Shown here: piece after piece, positions 9,180-18,436 of the stretch
Position numbering within the stretch: the first letter of the stretch is position 1
Layout of the letters: every line of letters starts with the position of its first letter
Assembly (NCBI GenBank): GCA_052168235.1
Contig: JBQLZK010000058.1
Span: 1 to 49,907 of the forward strand
DNA: 49,907 nucleotides
Direction of reading: 5' to 3'
From: Thainema sp.
Lineage (GTDB): Bacteria > Cyanobacteriota > Cyanobacteriia > Phormidesmidales > Phormidesmidaceae
The notes under the pieces: generated by a model
The model's input: the letters and a program-made list of their open reading frames with translations, nothing else
What the model was told of the DNA's origin: nothing
The model's database searches: none
Position numbers and translations under genes: made by a program

Positions 9180-12104
9180 CTAAAACGTAAGCTGCAAGCC
9201 TCCAACGACGGTGGGGCCATCGTCATCGGTCAAGAGTTCTTCAAGGCTTAGGAAGATGCCTGGCCCTGGTGTTTTACCTGTACCTACGGTTTCTGGAATG
9301 CGATCGCCGTTATCGTCATATATGAATTGATTGACGGGGACTTGGAGCAGTTCTCCATCGACCGTTTCGACTAGTTCATGCACAGCCTCTTGGTTGCGAT
9401 CGCGAACAGGTTCAGTTTGGAAAATAGGAACCAAGTTGCCGCTGATGTCGTATTCATACGCTGGTCGCTGTTCCTCTCCAAACGGATGGAAGACAACTTC
9501 AGCCCGCAATCCGATATCGTCCTGGTCATGGCATTGACCGATTGTCGTTCCCCGCACAAACAGCTCAGTCCGCAGAGTATTGGCAGCGGGTGTCCAAGGC
9601 GTATTGCCAAAGTTGAGAACAGCACCCAAAGCCAGCTCTCCTAGGAGCGGCGACAAGTTGGGATAGGTATCGGTGCCAGTTTCCACCTGGCGATTGATGA
9701 GGGTAGGCTGCCAACGGATGATCGTTCTATCAATACCGACGGTTCTATTGGCCAGAAATTCAGGATTTTGAACAATGTCAGTGCCGTCGAATTCCCTCTC
9801 CTGTTCTGTTGTTGTCTGTTCATCGATCTGAGCCGGATCAAGAACGATTTCCACATTGGAGATTAACCCATCCATGCCAACGTCAAAGGTGGCATCTCCT
9901 TCTCGTTGAATGTCTGTGATAGTCGTGTCAGTTGTTGTCGTCGTATATTGATCTAACTGAGTTCTCGGAGTTAGATAGAAATTGGTCGTGGTGGTGACTG
10001 TATGAGTTTCAACCTGTGCCTCGTAGGTAGATGAGGTGGTCGTGACAACATCTTCTTGATTGCCCAAGCCCAGGGTGAGTGAGCCTCTGACATATAGTCC
10101 ACCAGCTCGATTGGTCACATAGTAGCCTGTCTGTCCTGGATCGCCGGAAATGATTTGTTCTTCAGTCGAGAGGGCGTTGCCGACTCTGGCATCAGCGCTG
10201 GTGGGGTCTGTGAGGTCAACAGTAGCCACCCATTCCCCACCAACCTGTTCACGATAAATTCCTTGAATCCCGTTGAAGTAGGCCGTAACGGCATTGCGCC
10301 CTGGCAGCGTATCTTCTACGGCACAAACTCCGTTGGTTTCCAGCACAAAGTTTTGGGAATGATGCACAGCTGAAATCACTCTAAACCCACCATCAGCAAT
10401 CACATACTGATCCTCGTCTCCATCTGGTGCGAATTGGAGCGCATAGCTTTGGCCTAAGCTCAGATTTTGGCCCGTTTGTTGGGGCACAAGGGCATAGATC
10501 ACGCGGTTGGCTTGACCTGCTGCCAACGTAATCGGCACTGTGGCAAAGCCTTCCTGCGTCCACTGTGGCACAAACTCGGCTGTGCCATCGCTCCACTCAA
10601 TAATCAGACCACCGACGTTATCGGTATAGGCTGCATCCCCTGGCCCTACGAGTGCCGGATCAGGAGGAGTAATAATCACGCCTTGATCGGTCGGCACCTC
10701 GAAAATGCCGTTAGGAGAATCAAGGGAGACTCCAGGAATCACTTGGTCAGGGGTGGCGGGTACGTAACCAATTATATGTCTGTCATTTATCAAACCAGTG
10801 GGCTGTACGAGACGCGGCCCATCTGGATCTGGATTTGCGATGCGGTTGCCATACATATCGATCGCATTTGCGTGGGTCGAGTGGAGAAACTGCGTGATGC
10901 CCACACTGGCTGTCAGACCTGCGTTGTTATTATCGGCAAATGGGTTCAGGCGGGCGGTGCCGATCAGCAAGGTTGGAGCGGCGGCAGGATTGTTGTTGAG
11001 GGGAGGCAGTTGGCCAGTTAGGACAGCTCCCTCTGTGCCCAGCCGAACTTGAGCGGCAGCGGCGTATTGATTATAGATTAGCTGCTCTCCATTGGCCGTG
11101 CGGAGTCCAGCGGCATGGGGCAGCAAGTTGGTGTCCGTAGTCGGCACCTCAATATCACCGTAATCTCGCGTCTCTTCTACTTCAGTAAATTGCTGGCGCT
11201 CTATTACTATATCCTCAACCTGAGTGACGGTTTGGCGCTCTAGTGGGTCTAGAGGCGTTTCGACGATCTCGGTGGTGACTGTGACATCAATATTTTCGAA
11301 TTGTCCCTGTCCTAGGAGGTGGGCTTGGCCCGTACCATGATGAATTTCGAAATAGTTCCCGTCGTTGAAATCAAGATCTCCCCCATTCTGCCAGTCTTCC
11401 ACGGCTAGACTGCCATTGATATTGGCATAGATGGCAGATTCATGCTCCGTCACTGTGCCATTGGGGCCGGGTCGAAGGTTAAGCACGCGCAGTTCAACTC
11501 GGTCGCGGGCACCGTAGACGACCTCAATCGAGTCTGTGCTTGGGAGTAGGTTGCCTGCCGGATCAGACTCAACCAGATCGCCCCTGATAAAGACCCGCTG
11601 CGATTCTCGTAATGTCCCATCTGGTGCATATACGTTCACCTCAATGCCTTCACCGTAGCGATGATTGCCTAGACATCGGCAGACATTAAACCGAGTCCTC
11701 AACTGCAACGATGATTGGTTTGGCAGCCGAAAATCTTCGGGTCTCAACGGGCAAATACCCTGTTGCCCTAAGCATTCTGGGATTTGCCGCTGTAATTCTC
11801 CCTGAATATAGTTTGTATCGGCCTCAATGTTAATCGCATTGGGGGCTAATTTCCCGTCAATCACGGGTTGGGCATGGCCTTCTTGCGGATTCTCGACGGG
11901 GCCATCGGGTAGCGGAATATTCGAATCGTTTTCGAGAGGCCCGGAAAAGATATCGAAGGCATTCTGATTAATGCGAAATGCTCCGTCATCATCAACGGTG
12001 ACCTGAGCAACGGCAGGTTTGAACACATTGACGCCTAAGGCTAACAACACTACCGTTGATACTGTGCAAGCTGCCTTTAAATTAATAGGGGTGAATTTCT
12101 TCAT
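9180..12104 (-). CDS. Large secreted/surface protein of unknown function (~974 aa)
   Basis: ATG 12104 gives a signal peptide (MKKFTPINLKAACTVSTVVLLALG...AVA/Q). EDWQNGGDLDFND acidic loop, Thr-rich beta segments, C-terminal LQLTF. Confidence 0.75.
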   Translation of the reverse strand: MKKFTPINLKAACTVSTVVLLALGVNVFKPAVAQVTVDDDGAFRINQNAFDIFSGPLENDSNIPLPDGPVENPQEGHAQPVIDGKLAPNAINIEADTNYIQGELQRQIPECLGQQGICPLRPEDFRLPNQSSLQLRTRFNVCRCLGNHRYGEGIEVNVYAPDGTLRESQRVFIRGDLVESDPAGNLLPSTDSIEVVYGARDRVELRVLNLRPGPNGTVTEHESAIYANINGSLAVEDWQNGGDLDFNDGNYFEIHHGTGQAHLLGQGQFENIDVTVTTEIVETPLDPLERQTVTQVEDIVIERQQFTEVEETRDYGDIEVPTTDTNLLPHAAGLRTANGEQLIYNQYAAAAQVRLGTEGAVLTGQLPPLNNNPAAAPTLLIGTARLNPFADNNNAGLTASVGITQFLHSTHANAIDMYGNRIANPDPDGPRLVQPTGLINDRHIIGYVPATPDQVIPGVSLDSPNGIFEVPTDQGVIITPPDPALVGPGDAAYTDNVGGLIIEWSDGTAEFVPQWTQEGFATVPITLAAGQANRVIYALVPQQTGQNLSLGQSYALQFAPDGDEDQYVIADGGFRVISAVHHSQNFVLETNGVCAVEDTLPGRNAVTAYFNGIQGIYREQVGGEWVATVDLTDPTSADARVGNALSTEEQIISGDPGQTGYYVTNRAGGLYVRGSLTLGLGNQEDVVTTTSSTYEAQVETHTVTTTTNFYLTPRTQLDQYTTTTTDTTITDIQREGDATFDVGMDGLISNVEIVLDPAQIDEQTTTEQEREFDGTDIVQNPEFLANRTVGIDRTIIRWQPTLINRQVETGTDTYPNLSPLLGELALGAVLNFGNTPWTPAANTLRTELFVRGTTIGQCHDQDDIGLRAEVVFHPFGEEQRPAYEYDISGNLVPIFQTEPVRDRNQEAVHELVETVDGELLQVPVNQFIYDDNGDRIPETVGTGKTPGPGIFLSLEELLTDDDGPTVVGGLQLTF

Positions 12105-12734
12105 GGTCCTACTCCAAACAACGGCGTTTTCGGAGCTTGTCTCATCTAGAAATTCATTCTCAAGGAATTTGCGATCGCGAATAAAGAGCGACAGAATTTC
12201 CCTGGTGAAAATAATCTGGATGAATAGAGTTCTAAGAATATCCTGTTCAAGATGCTTGAGTCTGCGACAATGATCCAGATAATGATCCAACGATCATCCG
12301 AACATATCGACTCTGATAGATTTCAGGACAAGAAGATGCCCCTGGTAACTATAGGAGAAACCGATTTTGGCCCGATCAACATCACCCATCCAGATCATCT
12401 GGATATCGTAATAAGTTGCCGAGCTTTATTATGCTTCTGCAATACTTTAAACCCTCAATTACTCCCTTTTGAGGCCGATTAAAGTGAACTAATTTTCAGC
12501 TTCTCTGTAGCGTTAGATTCCCGTTGATTGCTGCCAAACAAATCTCAATCAAGCTGATTTATGATTAGCTAAAAGGCTTTTTTAGGAACCCAGAGTGATC
12601 AGCCTAGAATAGGCCAACCCAATCTCAAAGCCGAAAAAGTTATTTTATCTCTATCTTTATATTATTCGAAAAGAACATAATCGGGGTTGAGCTTAAAGTT
12701 TTTTTTACTAATGGCATCTGGATAATTTGTTTTT

Positions 12735-12832
12735 CTCACATCTTGCACCTTGCAGTTTGAAAACCCAGAAGGGTTGTTTTGCCGCATCGCGGCGGCAAAA
12801 CAACCCTTCTGGGTTTTGGTACAAGATGTGAG
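12735..12832. repeat. Miniature inverted-repeat element with an internal 26-bp-arm hairpin
   Basis: Termini CTCACATCTTGCACC / GGTACAAGATGTGAG match at 14/15. Internal perfect IR at 12760-12785 / 12792-12817. Confidence 0.8.
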
Positions 12833-12860
12833 TTTTTGCTTTTTGCTGAAATATTGATGC

Positions 12861-13277
12861 TCAGTCGCCGTTGAAGCCAGCGATCGCGCCGAGGGATTGC
12901 AGATTTTCCAGTCGCTTACCGCAGGCCATTGGCACCTGTAGATCCATCATCTGGGCTAGCTTGCCGACGGTCGTCACCGTATAGATGGAGGCTTCTTGCA
13001 GGGTGAGCAGAATCTCATACAGTTGCCGCTGACCGATGGACAATGCGCCAGCATAGGTGGGATCGATGGATAGATAAGAGCAGTCTTCTAGCGGGCCTTT
13101 GGAAGAATTGCCGCACAGCACCAGTTTCATTTGAGCGATATCATTTGCGATCGCAGATGATATCGCGCTGTCTTCGTAGGCTGCGTCGTGTTCATAATCA
13201 AGATCCAACTGATCGAGATGATTTTCTCGTTTATACATAGTGGTTGATAATGCTTGGCGGATATTGTGTTTTTCCAC
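12861..13277 (-). CDS. Hypothetical protein (possible C-terminal winged-helix)
   Basis: 138 aa ORF with HIP1 sites and protein-like composition. TVGKLAQMM...RLENLQSLGAI resembles an HTH tail. Confidence 0.55.
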   Translation of the reverse strand: MEKHNIRQALSTTMYKRENHLDQLDLDYEHDAAYEDSAISSAIANDIAQMKLVLCGNSSKGPLEDCSYLSIDPTYAGALSIGQRQLYEILLTLQEASIYTVTTVGKLAQMMDLQVPMACGKRLENLQSLGAIAGFNGD

Positions 13278-13543
13278 TCTAGCTTAAACAGCTCTAAATT
13301 GCATACATGTGTACTATAAATACTGAACCGCTTCATTACTCAATGGGTTAGAAAAGGATAAGGCTGCGATCGCAACCCTATCTTTTCCCTTCCTTCCCTG
13401 AATTTTGCCTGAGAATGCCCTTCAGACTTCTCATCTAACCCTTAAGCCAACCTCAGATCCGGCTCAGAGCAGGTTCAGGCTGGCCCCGCACTATAGGAAT
13501 CAAAGGAAAGTAAACACATTGATTCCACAAAGGAGCCCCACTC

Positions 13544-14008
13544 ATGAAATCTCTACTCGTCAATCTCTCCATCATTGCGATCTCTGCTGCCGTTGTTGCT
13601 CCCGCTGCTGGTGCTGCTGAACTGATCGCTCCTACCAAGCTAACGGATCGCTTTGATGACGAACGGATTGAAACCCTCAACAGTTTGTCTGATCGCTTCG
13701 ATGAGTCTCGTGACGAAGTTCTGAATAAAGGGTTGAATGATCGGTTTAAGCAAGAGCGCATTCAAACGTTGAACAGCCTGTCTGATTGCTTTGAGCAAGA
13801 ACGGATTCAAACGTTGAACAGCCTGTCTGATCGCTTTGATGAGTCTCGTGATGATGTGTTGAATAAAGGGTTGAATGATCGGTTTAAGCAAGAACGCATT
13901 CAAACCCTCAACAGTTTGTCTGATCGCTTTGAGCAAGAGCGGATTGAAACACTGAACCAGCTAAACGATCGGTTCGAAGATGCCCGGAATCAGAACCTAG
14001 ACAGCTAA
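13544..14008 (+). CDS. Secreted protein made of eight 15-16 aa tandem repeats
   Basis: RBS AAGGAG, signal peptide, and repeats of L[ST/N]DRFxxxRxxxLN. DNA period is 138 bp (13661-13798 vs 13799-13936). Confidence 0.85.
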   Translation: MKSLLVNLSIIAISAAVVAPAAGAAELIAPTKLTDRFDDERIETLNSLSDRFDESRDEVLNKGLNDRFKQERIQTLNSLSDCFEQERIQTLNSLSDRFDESRDDVLNKGLNDRFKQERIQTLNSLSDRFEQERIETLNQLNDRFEDARNQNLDS

Positions 14009-14043
14009 TCTCTGCTCCCGCGCACAGTCTCACTGCCTACTAT

Positions 14044-14070
14044 CCCCCAAGTGGAAACACTTGGGGGTTT
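14044..14070 (+). terminator. Rho-independent terminator
   Basis: CCCCCAAGTG-GAAA-CACTTGGGGG-TTT, 35 nt after stop 14008. Confidence 0.75.
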
Positions 14071-14101
14071 ACTCTCAGATCCCTGGAGGGGATGGCTACG
14101 G

Positions 14102-14143
14102 CAAAATTCTTCTACCCCTCATCTCTACTTTGACAGACTACTA
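14102..14143. repeat. 42-bp repeat, left copy (inverted relative to 16483-16524)
   Basis: CAAAATTCTTCTACCCCTCATCTCTACTTTGACAGACTACTA matches the reverse complement of 16483-16524 at 40/42. Confidence 0.9.
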
Positions 14144-14180
14144 GAGAAGGCTTCTGCTTTTAGGCCGTTAGCGGGCTCTG

Positions 14181-16379
14181 TTAATTGACATAGGTTGCTT
14201 CTTGCCAGTTGGGAATACCGAGATAGTCCCGCGCGATCGCTTGTAGTACCTTATCCTTATCGAGTACGCTGCGGTTGTGACGAGAGCCGATCGTGTAGCG
14301 CTCGTGAATCTGATCGATTTCCGCTTCCTTATCTTTCATTACTTCCCGAATAGCTGGTAGATAACTGGCTCCTACCAATACGGCCAGACTCCGAACCGAG
14401 GGAAAGGAGATACGTAGGCGCTGCTCAGAACGTTCCTGCGCCGTATTCCACTTGATGATGGCATCAATCACATCGGCAATCTTCTCCGTTGAATCGGCGC
14501 GATCGCGAATTTTCTCAGGATGAGCATCGTCCTGCTGGGCAGCCTTGTCTGCGACTGATTTTGACTGACTAGCAGCCGATTGCGCTGCTGGGGCTTTCGC
14601 GGATGTCGGTGCAGACTCTGGTGTCGTGACCTGGGGCTGCTTACCTTTTCTCACACCACCCAGTAACTCCTGGATGGCGTTGAGTTGCGATCGCGTTTCC
14701 CTTAGATCGCTCTCCAGTTTGGCATTCCGGGCTTCGAGCTGGGCATTCTGATCTTCGAGCTGAGCATTGCGCTCCTTCTCTGCAACCTTATCTGGTTCCG
14801 TATCTGCTTTCGGTTCCGATTCTGTCTGCTGAGCAACCAGACGCCTGTGCTCTTCTTCCAGAGCGCGATATTGCTGCCGGAGTGTTTCAATCTCTGACGT
14901 GAACCAGTTGATTGCCTGAGCCACCTCTCCCAGCGTTTTCGCGCCCTGCCGCGCGCCCTGTTCTGTCTGCGCTTCAAACTCTTTGACCAAAGCATGGAAA
15001 ACATCGGCTGTGCTGCCAGTGATGCCTCGGTGGGCCATCAGGTCAGTCATCTGCTCTAGGTCATCGGCATAAACATTCGCACGCTTAGTTGTGGATTTGC
15101 GAGCATCGGATTCAGTCATGTGGGGTTCGTCCTGGGGTGAGTGTTTGGTCTGGAGTGCTGTAGTCCTGTCGCGATCGCTGTTTTCGACCGCAGCAGTATC
15201 GGCAGTATCGGCAGTATCGGCATAGCTGCTATCCTCTGCGCCGTCAGTTGCGCTTTCAGTTACGACCTTAGTTACGACCTTAGTTGCGCTTTCCGCTGCA
15301 ACTTCAGTGATTGCCGCTGCCGTCGGTGGCTTGTCGGATTGCTCGGTAGGACTATTCTGAGGATGCCGGAACACCTCAATTACCTCTAGATCCGGCACCT
15401 GACCTAATTTGATGCCCAATCGACCGTCGCGGTTGCCGTCACCATTGCCAATGGCATAGTCGTCGTAATTTGAGCGGGCCGCATAGGTTGGTAGCTTTTT
15501 GCCATCTAGAGTGACCGTGAAATGTCCCTGAATTTCGGCCTTGAACTGATGTTCCGGTACAGACGGTGGACAATACCAATGGGCCGCAATGGTGGCGTAA
15601 ACCGCTCGAAACAGATGCGTATAGAGATTATCTCGGTCGCTGCGAGTCGGCACGAGATCTCGAAAACACTCGTTGCACTTGGCTGCGATCGCGCCACTGT
15701 AGAGCTGATTCACCCTCAGCTTTGCTTGTCGAGACGACATTCCCTGGAGTCGGAGCTGATTCACTTTTAGACCCGTTTGCAAACGCTCGATCGCAGCCAG
15801 AACTACTCGGGCAGGTGCCAGCGTCGGAATCTCAATCGTGATATCCAGAGTGTCTGGCTTCTTTGCCATTTTGCTGAACATCAGACTCCAGGGCGATTTC
15901 AGCGAGAACGTGGAGAGCAGGATTTCACTAATCCGCCGACCGATGAGTACCGCCAATCCGGCTCCAATTTCCGCACACTCTGTACTCGTGATCAACTGGC
16001 TGGCTCGCTTGACGATTGACTCTGCCGCCTCACTGGTAATAAATCGAGTCTGCCGATCGGCCATTCGTTCCCGCTGTTGGTCATTCAGCATTCGATACTG
16101 TGCCGTTGAAAGGCCAACCAAATCGATAGCCGGATGGTCGGGGTCAAACACCTTAATTGCCTGAACCACGTTGGAGCGGTAGTTTTTTTGCTGGGCTGGG
16201 GTATTGAGCTTGCGGGATGCGAATTCTTCTTCCAACTCACTCGCCAACGCCTCCGGCGTTATCCGCTCAGCCTGTAGCTGGGCCACATAGTAGCGGATAA
16301 ACTGCCTCAGCCACTTGGTTGAGCCGCAGCTTTCAGCTGCAGAGAGCCAGTTTTCAGCCAATGGTTGTGTCGTTGGCAT
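14181..16379 (-). CDS. Protelomerase / telomere resolvase family protein with a C-terminal coiled coil
   Basis: Catalytic motifs in the expected order: IGRRISEIL (R), MAKK (K), HLFRAVYA (R..Y), IQGH (H), NYDDY (Tyr nucleophile). A low-complexity linker and coiled coil follow. Confidence 0.88.
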   Translation of the reverse strand: MPTTQPLAENWLSAAESCGSTKWLRQFIRYYVAQLQAERITPEALASELEEEFASRKLNTPAQQKNYRSNVVQAIKVFDPDHPAIDLVGLSTAQYRMLNDQQRERMADRQTRFITSEAAESIVKRASQLITSTECAEIGAGLAVLIGRRISEILLSTFSLKSPWSLMFSKMAKKPDTLDITIEIPTLAPARVVLAAIERLQTGLKVNQLRLQGMSSRQAKLRVNQLYSGAIAAKCNECFRDLVPTRSDRDNLYTHLFRAVYATIAAHWYCPPSVPEHQFKAEIQGHFTVTLDGKKLPTYAARSNYDDYAIGNGDGNRDGRLGIKLGQVPDLEVIEVFRHPQNSPTEQSDKPPTAAAITEVAAESATKVVTKVVTESATDGAEDSSYADTADTADTAAVENSDRDRTTALQTKHSPQDEPHMTESDARKSTTKRANVYADDLEQMTDLMAHRGITGSTADVFHALVKEFEAQTEQGARQGAKTLGEVAQAINWFTSEIETLRQQYRALEEEHRRLVAQQTESEPKADTEPDKVAEKERNAQLEDQNAQLEARNAKLESDLRETRSQLNAIQELLGGVRKGKQPQVTTPESAPTSAKAPAAQSAASQSKSVADKAAQQDDAHPEKIRDRADSTEKIADVIDAIIKWNTAQERSEQRLRISFPSVRSLAVLVGASYLPAIREVMKDKEAEIDQIHERYTIGSRHNRSVLDKDKVLQAIARDYLGIPNWQEATYVN

Positions 16380-16482
16380 GCTGTCTTTTCTAATTTCCGT
16401 TTCTTGATTATATGAAAAACTTTTCTGTGGTCAAGATAGAGATGAATGTGCTTCGTAATCGGCTTCAGCATCAACACGCCAG

Positions 16483-16567
16483 TAGTAGTCTGTCAAAGTA
16501 AAGATGAGGGGTAGGAGAATTTTGAAAATATTGCGGAGCAATATTTTCAAAATTCTCCTACCCCTCA
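16483..16567. repeat. 42-bp repeat right copy, overlapping a 63-bp palindrome
   Basis: 16483-16524 is the inverted copy. 16505-16534 and 16538-16567 are perfect 30-bp arms around GGA. Confidence 0.9.
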
Positions 16568-16635
16568 AAACACACTTGCCAAAGCAGTAGTAGCTTTGGC
16601 GATGGCAATGGTTGCGACTGTACCACCTTCATATC

Positions 16636-18393
16636 CTATTGGCCAAACTTTGCCAGTGCTATTGGACTGTCTAGCTCGGCGGCGGGCAACGGTCGGGAAA
16701 ATAAATAACCTTGACCATATTCACAGCCCATACATTGAAGCAGTGCTAGCTGCTGCTGGGTTTCGATGCCTTCAGCAATGACGGAGAGTTTGAGCTGGCG
16801 GCTGAGGGCAACAATGGTCTCGACTACGGGGTAATCGCTGCCGTTCACCTCCATGGCGGCCACAAAGGAACGGTCAATTTTGAGGGTGTTGATCGGAAAC
16901 TGATGCAGGTATCCGAGGGAGGAATAGCCGGTGCCGAAGTCGTCAATACTGATTTGGATGCCCCGAGATCGCAGTTCCCGCGTCACAGCGATCGCAGCGG
17001 CAGCATTATCCATAATGGCGCTTTCGGTAATTTCGAGTTTGAGGCAGGCGGGATTTACCCCAGTTGCGGCCAACACGCGATCGATATCAGCAACCAGGGT
17101 GGGGCAGGTGAACTGGCGCACCGACAGGTTCACGCTGACCGTTAGATGAGAATGACCCTGCTGGTGCCAGCGGTGTAGTTGTTCACAAGCCTGCTGGAGC
17201 ACCACCATCCCAACAGGAACTACCAGTCCAGTTGCCTCCATACAGGGAATAAACTCTCCAGGTGACACCATGCCCCGCTCCGGATGCCGCCACCGCACGA
17301 GAGCTTCAAACCCTTCTATCTGCTGCGTTTGCAGGTCTACGATGGGTTGGTAGAAGGTGGTGAATTCTTGCCGCTCCAGTGCCCGCTGCAGGTCATTTTC
17401 GAGGGTAAGGCGGTTGAGAATGGTCTGGTGCATGTCTTGGTCAAAATTCTGAATGATGCCTTTGCCCCGCTTCTTGGCGTGGTAGGTGGCTGTGCCAGCC
17501 GACTGCAGCAGTGCCTCTGCTCCCTGCTGGCTGCTGCCCAGGGTAATGCCCATACAGGCAGAGGCGTAAATTTCCAGTTCGCCTACAACAAAGGGCGGCT
17601 CGAACCCCTGCTTTAAGCTCTCCACCAGGGGTTGAACATCCCCAAAAGCGTCAACGCCAGAGCGCAGCAGGCAAAATTCATCTTCTCCGACACGGGCAAG
17701 CAGGTCTCCCGGTTGCAGGTATTGCTGTAACCGCTCTGCGATCGCAACCAGAAACTGATTGCCAACCTGGTAGCCAAGGGAGTTATTGACCAGTTGAAAA
17801 TCGTCACAGTCGAGGTGGATCAGGACCAAAGAAGTTTCGCCAGCCTCTAGTTTCTCGGTCAGGATTTCGAGCAGGCCATTGCGGCTGGGCAAGCCCGTCA
17901 GAGTGTCGCACACAACCAGACAGCGGAGTTCTGCGGTGCGCTGCTCGACGGTCGCTTCTAGATGGGCATTGAAGGTTTCAAGCTGCCGCTGCTGCTGCCG
18001 AATTCGCAGCATGGACTGAACGCGGGCGGCCAGTTCAATGCCGTTGAGCGGCTTACTGATAAAATCATCAGCTCCGACAGCTAAGCACCTGGCCATGTCT
18101 TGTTTTTGGGTCAGCGCAGTGACCACGATAATGGGTACTGTCTGCCACTCCGGCATGGCTTTAATGCGCTGGCAGACCTCCATGCCATCCATGCCCGGCA
18201 TCATCACGTCGAGCAAAATCAGGTCGGGGCTACAAGTTGGGAGCTGCTCCAGAGCCATTTGGCCGCTGCTAGCGTAATGAATTTGATAGGGTCTGCCGCT
18301 GTTCCAACTACCTTCACGGGCAATCAGGATGGTCTCGACCACTTCGAGATTTGTAGGATCATCGTCAATGACCAGGATGGAGATAGTCTTCAT
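16636..18393 (-). CDS. Response regulator with GGDEF and EAL domains (probable c-di-GMP phosphodiesterase)
   Basis: REC (ILVIDDD, LLDVMMP, FISKP), degenerate GEDEF, intact EAL (FEALVRW, IDDFGTGYSS, AEGIET). Confidence 0.93.
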   Translation of the reverse strand: MKTISILVIDDDPTNLEVVETILIAREGSWNSGRPYQIHYASSGQMALEQLPTCSPDLILLDVMMPGMDGMEVCQRIKAMPEWQTVPIIVVTALTQKQDMARCLAVGADDFISKPLNGIELAARVQSMLRIRQQQRQLETFNAHLEATVEQRTAELRCLVVCDTLTGLPSRNGLLEILTEKLEAGETSLVLIHLDCDDFQLVNNSLGYQVGNQFLVAIAERLQQYLQPGDLLARVGEDEFCLLRSGVDAFGDVQPLVESLKQGFEPPFVVGELEIYASACMGITLGSSQQGAEALLQSAGTATYHAKKRGKGIIQNFDQDMHQTILNRLTLENDLQRALERQEFTTFYQPIVDLQTQQIEGFEALVRWRHPERGMVSPGEFIPCMEATGLVVPVGMVVLQQACEQLHRWHQQGHSHLTVSVNLSVRQFTCPTLVADIDRVLAATGVNPACLKLEITESAIMDNAAAAIAVTRELRSRGIQISIDDFGTGYSSLGYLHQFPINTLKIDRSFVAAMEVNGSDYPVVETIVALSRQLKLSVIAEGIETQQQLALLQCMGCEYGQGYLFSRPLPAAELDSPIALAKFGQ

Positions 18394-18436
18394 AAGACAG
18401 CAGTAATAGCGAATATTAGCAGTATCCTAAAAGTCT

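Noticed and set aside
13640..13990. Regularly spaced repeats as a possible CRISPR array
   Set aside because: They are in-frame coding repeats with synonymous variation and no unique spacers.
15193..15285. Short tandem repeats (GCAGTATCG x3 and a 12-bp duplication) in the protelomerase gene
   Set aside because: In-frame expansions in a low-complexity linker; not informative.
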